Below are positions 1 to 11,500 of a stretch of 20,410 nucleotides of DNA, in pieces (the first letter of the stretch is position 1; each line of letters opens with the position of its first letter). The stretch is taken from assembly GCA_003971905.1 (NCBI GenBank), contig RSEE01000164.1:62001-82410 (forward strand), written 5' to 3'. Under the pieces are notes generated by a model. The model ran no database searches and had not been told where the DNA came from. It saw only the letters and a program-made list of their open reading frames with translations. Source of the stretch: Moniliella sp. 'wahieum'. Lineage: Eukaryota. A program made the position numbers and the translations under genes.

Positions 1-1232
1 AACAAAGTTCCATCCTCCTCGGCTTAGTACCCTGCTATCCAACGTCCAATGGACCAGGTGACCCAAGGTTCGGCCGACGCAGCCGAGCTCGTGCTGTTGG
101 CTCTCGAGGTGGTGGCTGAGAGTCTGTGCGGCCTTGGCTCGTGTACTGGATGAGAAGGCTGAGAACGAGTGGGATGAGGCCATGGACGAAGATGATAGAT
201 GGACGACACAGCGATGAAGATGAAGATGTGATTGAAGCGGATGTGTGGACGATTTGGGACCAGATTCGCTCGCTCGTCAATCCAAGGGCAACAAGGGGGA
301 GGATGAAACCGAGTTCGCTTCCTCCTTCCTTGCTCAAGTTTTACCGGTCCCGTCCTCCTGCCCGCCTTGGTGCGTCTTGCCACACTTCCATTAGCGACTC
401 GTTTGCCCCAATGCTGGCTTGCCCGGCTCCCACTCGCGCCGGGTCGCAGTCCACGCTCTGGCCGCACTCAACAATGTCCTCTTGGCATTGGCCGACCACA
501 GTCCGCCTCCGCCCAGCCAACCGATCGACTACCTGAGCAAGCAGCTCACGTGGCCCAGGTAACGCTTGGGTCGCTTCGCCTTCCGCACAGGCACGAATCC
601 AAGAAACTGTGGCAAGGTCTGTTTGGTACCGCGGCTCAAGTAGCCAGCGTGCCTTCGGTTGCATCCTCTGATGCGACCCCCACCAGCGCCGGACAGGACG
701 GTCGGATCATGTTTGAGCACTGCCTTGGGTGCCTCTGGGCGCTGGCCCGCATTACGAGTGGAGACCTTCCTCTGCGCTTGACGACTGGGGAGAAAGGAGA
801 AGTGGACGCTGGCACGGCGTTGCAGGCCGCGTACCACACGGCCGCCTCGGATGCGGTCGGTCAAGGCGGTGGGCACCATTGGATGTTTGGCGCGGGGGCC
901 GCATGGACGGATGAGGAGACAACCTGGTCCTGGGGACGTTTTTGGTCAATGTGATCAGGCTGTTGGCGCCGGGCCGCACGCACCACGGCCGAGGCCTTGG
1001 TCGCGGCGATGAACGCAGTGATGGAGTGTATGCTGATTGAAACGCGTTCCTATGACCAGTCTACATCGACGCCAAATTCAACGGCGTGCTGCGCTCGACC
1101 TTTGCTCGTGTTCGCCAAGCGGCGCGGGCGATTGATAAGCGCGCCCATGCGTCGCTGCGGGCCACAGCCGACGAGGCAGTGGGCAACCTCATGGCGTTTG
1201 TGCAGTACCGCGATGGCCTGGCGCGCAAGTAA
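1..1232 (+). CDS. SYO1: SYO1/HEATR3-like ARM/HEAT-repeat import adaptor for ribosomal proteins uL5/uL18; 5'-partial, several apparent frameshifts
   Basis: Joining frames gives AELVLLALEVVAESLCG, an acidic tract DEDEDVIEAD, RVAVHALAALNNVLLALA, MFEHCLGCLWALARI, and the C-terminus EALVAAMNAVM..YAD.ETRSYDQ.YIDAKFNGVLRSTFARVRQAARAIDKRAHASLRATADEAVGNLMAFVQYRDGLARK* (last frame 1062-1232). I recognise this ending as the Syo1/HEATR3 C-terminal pattern from memory; no search was run. Confidence 0.7.
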
Positions 1233-1393
1233 AAGCGGCCACAATGCAATGCCCAATCACGATCTCTCCCACGCCCTTCTGGCGTCTGTATGTTGAGCCC
1301 ACGTAGGAGGAGCCTGTTGGGGGTGCGACACGTCTGAATCTGACCCGTAGGGGGGTGAATTTGAAACGGGCTCGGCAGGCACTCAAAAGAAAA

Positions 1394-1482
1394 TTCCCCG
1401 ACCGGGAGTCGAACCCGGGTCTTGACGGTTCCGAACCGTGTTCGTGAGAGCGCACACATCATAGCCGTTGGACCATCGGAGG
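1394..1482 (-). tRNA. tRNA-Glu(CTC) with a 16-nt intron at 37/38 (intron 1429-1444)
   Basis: Minus strand reads CCTCCGA TG GTCC AACGGCTA TGAT G TGTGCG CT CTC A [CGAACACGGTTCGGAA] C CGTCA AGAC CCGGG TTCGACT CCCGG TCGGGGA A, followed by a Pol III terminator TTTTCTTTT. A and B boxes are present. There is one extra base in the anticodon stem and a C1:A72 mismatch. Confidence 0.82.
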
Positions 1483-1992
1483 ATGTCGGAGAGGTATCTT
1501 AGGTCTTCAAGCTCACTTGTGGGTGCAGGGGGACTGCTAGGTTCGGGCATCTGCCGTCGGGTCAGTCGTCATTCTCGGTCGTCAGGCAGTGCTTTGCCAC
1601 CCGACGCATAGGCGCATGGGCTGTGTGGCGCGGCGGCACAGGGGCTGTGCACGTTCGGCGGGCGGCACAGCGCCCGTGTGCGCTGCCAGCTGGAGCATCG
1701 GCCGTCTTCGATGCAGCACGGGGGCAGTGCGGCTGGGGGCAAACTTTCAAGGCGCAGCGCGAGGGTGAAAATTTTAAAACGCGGCGGGTGCGCTGATTAA
1801 TGCATGATTCAAGCGTCTTTGAACAATCAGGCTCAGCCGCTCTGCCCGTCCCAGTCCAACCAACCTCAGCCGCCCCGACGCGTCGCCCGCGCCCACATCT
1901 CCTCTCTCCGGGCCGCTCCCCCCCTCCGCTCCATCGCCCCTCCCCTCGCCCCTCACATCGCCCCTCCGTCTCCGACGCACCCAGTCTCCGCC

Positions 1993-3183
1993 ATGGACAT
2001 GCCTCCGCCCCCCATCCGCCCCCCGCCCGCGCCGCCCGCCACGGCGCCGCTTCCCAACCCCGACTCGCTCTCTTCGTGCGCTTCCCCACCTCCGACCGGC
2101 GAGACCGGCAAGGTCCTGCGCGAGATGCGTCTCGCCGCCATGAAGCGCGACATGGCCAAGAACAACGGACGCACAGACCTCCACAAGAGGATCTGCTGCT
2201 GCCCCAAATGCCTCTCCAAGCTCGAGAGGAGGATATCGCGGCGGCCAATCTCGCGCTCGTCACCCACACACTGCCGTCGCGCATCAGAAGCGGTGGGAGG
2301 ATGTGCTGAGCACAGGAACCCAACGAGCTTCATGACGTGCCTCTCTTCCAGCCTTTCTTTGGCCTGGAGCCTACCACGAGGAACCTAGCCCATGTCATGC
2401 ACGTTTTCGCCACCGCCAGGCTTCCCTCGTGGCGGCCGTAAGCGCCGCTACCCCCTCCAACGAGTCGGACCAGCGATGGTCGCCGAAGAGCGCAAGCGAC
2501 GCGCGCTGCGGTTTGAAGCTCGACGGCGGCCATGTCGGCTGCTGCCGCTGCGGTCGACCGTCAAATCGTACCGGAAGAAAGCTTGTCTGTTGAGATGAGC
2601 CGGTTGATTGATCACTCGCAAGCCCACCCTTGGCTTTACGGTGAACTGGTCAAACTTTTCCGTGCTCATCGGATCTTTTGCTCGAGTCGCCTAACCAGCG
2701 TACCGACCTGCTAGCTCACCCGGCTCCGCAGCAACGCTTGCTCCTGCCTCCCAACAGCCCGCCCAGCCTGATCCTACGACCCAACAGCATTATTCTTACC
2801 CGTACAATGGTGCTTCGTCTGTTCTCGCGGCCTCGCATCAGCTTAACATCTTTGGCCATGCCCACCCCCAAGCCTACCCCGTTGCCACAGGCGCGCCTAA
2901 CGGTACTACTCCAATCTTGCCACAAGCCGCTTCGCAACACCACGACCTTACGTCGGGGGTCAAGCATGAGGTTACTTCGACGGAAGCACACCAAAATGAG
3001 TCAGTGCAATCCCCTAGCCCTGCGCCCCGCCTCCTGCCCTGCCCCTGCCCCTGCCTCTGTCCCTGCCCCTGCCCCAATTTCCGACGCAGAAGCTGCTGCT
3101 GCTGCGGCGGCGGCGGTCGCAGCGGGAACGGATCATTCCGCCAACTTGACCCCGGAAGGGGGTGCCTGTGCCCTCAGGTATAA
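1993..3183 (+). CDS. Hypothetical protein with Pro-rich N-terminus and Pro/Ala-rich C-terminus; probable intron ~2293-2352; frameshifted
   Basis: GCCATGG start at 1993. Protein-like segments occur in successive frames: MDMPPPPIRPPP..GKVLREMRLAAMKRDMAKNNGRTD, PQEDLLLPQMPLQAREEDIAAANLALV, PFFGLEPTTRNLAHVMHVF, EERKRRALRFEARR, LSVEMSRLIDHSQAHPWLYGELVKLFRAH, PAPAPASVPAPAP..AAAAAAAAV. TAA at 3181-3183 is followed by T-rich 3' sequence. No family recognised. Confidence 0.5.
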
Positions 3184-3767
3184 CTTGTCTGTGTTGCCAC
3201 CAAACGGGGCCATCCCGGTTATTGAATCGCTCCTCTCCCTGCTTTTATCTTTTTGGTTTTCCTCTTTGCTCTAACGATGGGAAGTTGGATACGCCGATAG
3301 TGGTGTACCTCTTGCCAGACTTAGAGGATGTGTTGCTCTACGTTTCAAAAGAACTCCGCGCGTGCTCAAGTTCACGTGTAGCAATATAGCTGGATCACGT
3401 AGATTAGGTTGGGTTGTTCGTATTTAGATCAGCATCCAAGCAAAGTGCCGTGTGTAGTATTAGATGTCAACAGTTGAGTGTACAGCAGACGAGACGTTGA
3501 GGTAATGGGCGACCAATTGGATCCACAGTGGGTGGTGGCAATGGTGGTGGCAATATGGTGGGGATGTTAGTGTTAGTGGGAAATAGCTGGGAGCGTAGCT
3601 CATGGGCAAGCACGTCGAAGAGGAAAGAGGGGGGCAAGATGTGAGCTTGTACCGTGGAATGCGCGATGGTCGCGGCAGGTCCACAGTATCGCACCGCATA
3701 TGGGGGGAAATGGAGGCACGAAGGAGCTAACCAAAGGGCAGGGAAGGTGGGCAGGCGAAAGGACACG

Positions 3768-6618
<2,851 letters not shown>

Positions 6619-7239
6619 CGTGCTGGCGCAGATGAGGAGGGCGCGATGGGGGAAGGCGGCCGAGCCGAACTGAGCTGAGCTGCGCTGCGCCCGAGCAGAG
6701 AGCCGAGCAAGCGCAGAAGAAGTGGTGGCGTCTTCGACGGGCGGCGTGGCTGGGCTTGAAAAAAAAAATAAAATGTTCACGCCAGTTCTGCTGCGCTTGC
6801 GCTCATTAACCCATGCATCCAAGACCAGCGTGAGGGTCCTGGTCACTCCCAGTGGCTTTTTTTGATCGAAGATCGTCGCGACGAGAGGCCAACCAAAGGA
6901 ACACATGTCCTCAATCTTGCCACCATCCCGGAATGCCAATCCAATACCCGAACTCCCAATCGTGTCCGCCATCGAGGCCTAAGCGATGACGTGTCGGGCC
7001 AGCCCATCAGGCTGGCAGCGGGTAGGGCAGCCCAATATTGACCCAAACCGTACTGGGACCAAATTCCTCAGTTTTAATCGTATTCAGCCCTGAGGTTTTG
7101 CTCGTCTTCCAGCGTTCTCGGGGCACCTCAAACGACAGGACCGCACACAAGACAAACATCGAGCGCCATTGCGTCCATGCTTGCATGGCCATTGCCAAGT
7201 CAAGCTGCGACAGGTAACGACAGATGATTTTATTGCGCC

Positions 7240-7292
7240 AAACCCTAGTCGTCATAGGGTTTTCTGGGTGTGGTAGCGCGGGGGCAGTCTCA
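7240..7292 (+). promoter_or_regulatory. Candidate ribosomal-protein gene promoter module: inverted AAACCCTA-N7-TAGGGTTT followed by Homol-D-like CAGTCTCA
   Basis: Perfect 8-bp inverted repeat at 7240-7262 and CAGTCTCA at 7285-7292, about 95-150 nt upstream of the RPS26 start. Function is inferred. Confidence 0.5.
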
Positions 7293-7386
7293 CCTGTGTT
7301 TCGGTCTCAGCCAGCCCATTCATTGCCTTGGCTTGCTCAGCGCGCCACGACGTTCTGTCCGCACATCCGCCAGCACTGACACCAAG

Positions 7387-7924
7387 AGTAAGTTGCTCAA
7401 GTTGCTCTTCAAAGAGGGAGAGGATCAGGGTCCGCGCGGGTACCGTTTCGCGCTGCCCGGTCTGAATCGCCCTCGCCCAGGAGATGGGGAGAGGGAGAAC
7501 GCTTGCTCCCTGTGGTAACCCCTCAGGGGCGTGGTACCGAACTGAGGCTAACCATGTGTGAACAGTGACGACCAAGCGCCGCAACGGGGGTCGCAACAAG
7601 CACGGCCGTGGGCATGTGAACTTTGTCCGGTGCTCCAACTGCTCGCGCGCCGTTCCGAAGGACAAGGCCATCAAGCGCTTTACCGTGCGCAACGTTGTGG
7701 AAGCGGCCGCCGTACGGGATATGAGCGAGGCCTCGGTCTACGCCGAATACACGCTTCCCAAATTGTACAACAAGGTGCACTACTGCGTCTCGTGCGCTAT
7801 TCACTCCAAGACGGTCCGTGTCCGCTCCCGTGTGGACCGCCGTAACCGCGCCCCGCCCGTGCGCGTGCGCTTCAACAAGGACGGCAAGAAGGTCAACCCG
7901 GCCGTCGCTCGTGCCTCGGCCTAA
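7387..7924 (+). CDS. RPS26: 40S ribosomal protein S26 (eS26); exon 1 contributes only the A of ATG (7387), exon 2 is 7566-7924
   Basis: [39 protein letters not shown]...[17 protein letters not shown], with the four zinc-binding Cys. The frame is intact to TAA at 7924. Confidence 0.97.
7388..7565 (+). other. Spliceosomal intron in RPS26 (178 nt)
   Basis: GTAAGT donor at 7388, GCTAAC branch point at 7547-7552, CAG acceptor ending at 7565. Confidence 0.88.
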
Positions 7925-8588
7925 GGGACGACCATAGCTCAACGCGCATGTCCGTTTGCCCTCGGACGTCCCTCGTCTCGAGCTCGACTCCTCGCTTGGA
8001 TTGAGAGAGAGATGTGCCTTGGTTCCCCTTTGGTCGTTTGCCGACTTGCAAAACTATTGCCTTGACGCAATGGACGGCCGCTGGCCACTATGATGCATGA
8101 TGCACCCTCTGGCCTCTGCCCTCTACTCTCATAGATAACCCTGGCAGCCCAATTTGAAGAGCGGCAACGTGCCCAGCCCACGGGGAACTCCTGGCCCGAC
8201 AGCGAACACCAAATAGCGAAATGATGGCTTGGTACATGAGCTACATGCTTAGTTCCAATGTCAACGAAAACGAACGGGTGTACGGGGTGTAACATGTAAC
8301 GCGGAATCCATAGCTATGGGAGAGGGTTCTTGGTACTGAGTTCTGAATTTCAGGGACGCAGGCTCCCCAGGTCAACACAACAGCGCATAGACGAACCGGC
8401 ATGGATACGAGCCAAAAGGGGAGGACACGAGACAGGAACATGACACGAGGGGAGAAAGGCTTGGAAGGGTTTCGGTGAGGAGGGGGGCAGGGGAAAACGG
8501 AAATGAGGAAATGATGGAAAGAGGGAAAAGAGGGGAGAGAGGAGAGAGGGCGGAGGAGGGTGGGGCAGTCCACACGGAAGCGAGTGTT

Positions 8589-11500
8589 CTAGAAGCTCTT
8601 GCAGATAGTGCAGTGGTACGTGAGCCAGTGCGGGAAGTGACGGGCACTGCGATGAGCGCAACAAAGCCCGCATAGCACGCTAGGACAAGAGACCGTACCG
8701 CAACACAATGGAGCGACGCTGCTTCCGTTGGCGGAGGGAGAAGATGGGCTTGTTCATCTGCCGACCAGGCCGGAGCCAGAAGAGCATCATCGAATGCAGT
8801 CGGTCCATGAAGGGGAACAGCATGGGCACGGCCAAAGCGAACAGCAAGATATGGCAGCTGGTGGAGGTCATCCGGTCTCGGTTAGTTATTGATGCAGTCA
8901 AAAAAGGATAAGGAACGACGTACAGGATAAAGTCGGCTGAGAAGCAACTCATCTCAATAATCTTGACCACAAACTCACGCAGCGGTTGAGAGAAGGCATG
9001 TGCGCCCAGCCCACGACCATACCACCTCCCCGTCCACCACGCACGATTCGTCTCGTCATGCTTCATCTCGCGCGACAGGACAAGAGCGATCAGGACCTTA
9101 AAGATAGCGCGCTGGATTGCGATGACTGCAATCAATCCCAGCAGTGCATGCGACGGGCTCCACAGCTCAATCACCCACAAAAACTCAAATGCTGCAATCA
9201 TCCCCAGCACAGCAATGCTGTGGGCAATAGTGGCCATGATGGAGCCAAACCGGCCACAGCACTTGCTCAACGCCGTACCAAAGAAGATGGAAATGACAAA
9301 GGAGATGAGCAGGACCGCCGCGTTGAGTGCAATCGGGCCCAGGGAGATGATAGCGACACGCACGATCGCGCCCGAAGGAGGGTCCGTAGGGCGGTGGAAC
9401 GACTTCACAAACGCATAGGCCACCACAAAGATCACCGCCATAGCAATGGGTGCCAAGCATTCGACGAAGATGATGGTACGCCAGCCAGCCCGGGGCACGT
9501 CACCCGCTAGCTTCTCCGACGGATGGCCTAGACGCTTCTTCTTGTACCCAGTCACCTTGGTCCGGCTCAGACGACAGTAGCCGACCCAGGAGTTGGCATG
9601 CGAGCGCGAGTTGCCACGCGACATCCAGCGAAGGAACTCACGGTAGTCCACAAGGAAGTCCGAGATGGAGAATTGGTGCGGATTGAAGATGAAGGGCGCA
9701 ACGCAGAGAGACACACACGTGATCCAGAAGTAGATCAGGTGGTAGAACCAGACCGTGAAAGTGGTGTAAAGCAGCAGTAACACCAATCGTGTGCCGGAAT
9801 AGATCGACGGACCAGCAAACCGGCTGAACAACAACGCGAAGCTCTGGCGGGTCGTGGCAAACCCGCGGCCAGTGGCAATGTACCGCGCCCCACCAAAGGT
9901 GAGATTGGACAAGAGCGAATTGGAGTAAATCATGGTACTGAATACCTCAAAGACGGGGCTGAGGGACAGGATCTGGCGCGCCAAACGGAACACGCACTGA
10001 GAGCACCACGCTCGCACAACTCTTGCATAAACAGTGGCAAGAATGCAATGGCAAACACGAGGAAGATCGAGATGACCGTACGCTTGAGCCAGGAGAAGAC
10101 CGGGTCAAGGTAGTAGCAACCCGACGTGCCAACAATGTAGTTGTTATGCGTCGTCTTGCACACCCGCAGCGACGAGTTGAGCGTACCGACAAACATACAG
10201 ACCAACATGAAAAGCTGGACCGACATGATGACGATCACGTTGTTCAATTGGAAACCAGGGTGGCCATAGTAGAACGTGAGGAAACGGTCCATAGGAAGTT
10301 GGGTGCCCATATAGTAGTACTCACGCGAAAGCAGCTGTTCGCCCATCCCGTTGCCCAGCTTGGTGGTGAAGTTGAGAATGGTACCAAAACCAAGGTCACG
10401 CCCCTTGCCACACTGGTAGTACTCGCAATGCTTGATCCGCCCACCACGGTTGAACGCCATCATACCAGCGTAAATGTCCTCGTTAAGGTGAAGCCCCTTC
10501 TGGGCCTTGGACACACCACCACGGGTTGTCATAAAGATCGTGTTGAGGAAGTCAGGGTGACCATAGTGGAGTTTACCACCAATGTTGGCCAAACCACGCC
10601 CAGTAAGAGTACCAAACGTTTGTTCCTTACCGGCCGCATTGTCGCCAAGAATACCAATGTTCTCCGAGAAGACGTACTCACGCGCACCGACGATGGCTAC
10701 AGGTGCCTTGGCATGTTCAGAGTGGTTCTTGCCATACGGGTTTGCGTGGGAGACATCGAACGCCTCGAACTCGCCGAGCACAGAACGAATCTTGAGACAC
10801 TCCTCCAGGTAGTTGTCCTGGTTAGCGTCAATCAGCTGAACAAACTCGCCACGGAGGAAGATGATGGCATGGTTCTGGTTGTCGGATTTGCCGTCCCCGA
10901 GGATTGGGTTGCCCGGCAGCTCGACACGGAACTTAGCACGGCGCCTTCCGTTAGGAAGAATTTCTGAATGTCCGTCAACCAAAACTGAGAACCAGCGCGA
11001 CTCGCCACCATCCTTTCGCGGCGCTTCCTCATCCAGATACGCAATCTGCAAGTCGGGGTAGGCACGAAGAGGAACTCGGCATTCTCATGTTCTTCCTTGT
11101 TGAACTTGGAGTAGCGCTGCATTGAGATAACGTATTTGAACTTGCGTCGGCTCATGCGCTCCAGCTCACGCTCCAGTTTCTCTGTGTTGCCGCCGAAGAG
11201 TTGCACCACCTCGGGGTTCTCCACACGATAAAGAAGCTTGATCGCCTTGGCGTAGTTCATAAAGCCAGAGACGGTACGGTAGAGCGTTTGAGCACGGAGC
11301 GATGCCCAAATCCGGGTACGCAGTGTGTACTCTGGTGCAGCACTCTTGAACCCAACACAGTAGAACGGCAAGTCGTCCGTCTTGGAGTTCTTGCTTGACT
11401 TCTCATCATCAGCAAAGGGGGACGCATTGTAGCCCTGGGTCTCTTCTGCGAGGATCTTGGTATCTTTGACGAAGTTGTCCCATTCAATTGGGTGGAGCTG

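Noticed and set aside
3565..3580. TTAGTG-TTAGTG and nearby GGTGGTGGCAAT repeats as a telomere seed or telomerase template
   Set aside because: Only two units, in a low-complexity region between convergent genes, with no supporting structure.
6661..6710. Pentamer repeats (CTGAG/CTGCG/CCGAG) upstream of the ABZ1 ATG
   Set aside because: Short degenerate simple repeat with no evidence of function.
8410..8570. Strongly purine-rich + strand tract
   Set aside because: Explained as the pyrimidine-rich 3' UTR of FKS1 on the minus strand.
10023..10967. 314-aa + strand ORF, and other + ORFs such as 11617-12261 and 8986-9510
   Set aside because: Antisense shadows of the codon-biased FKS1 CDS with no recognisable motifs.
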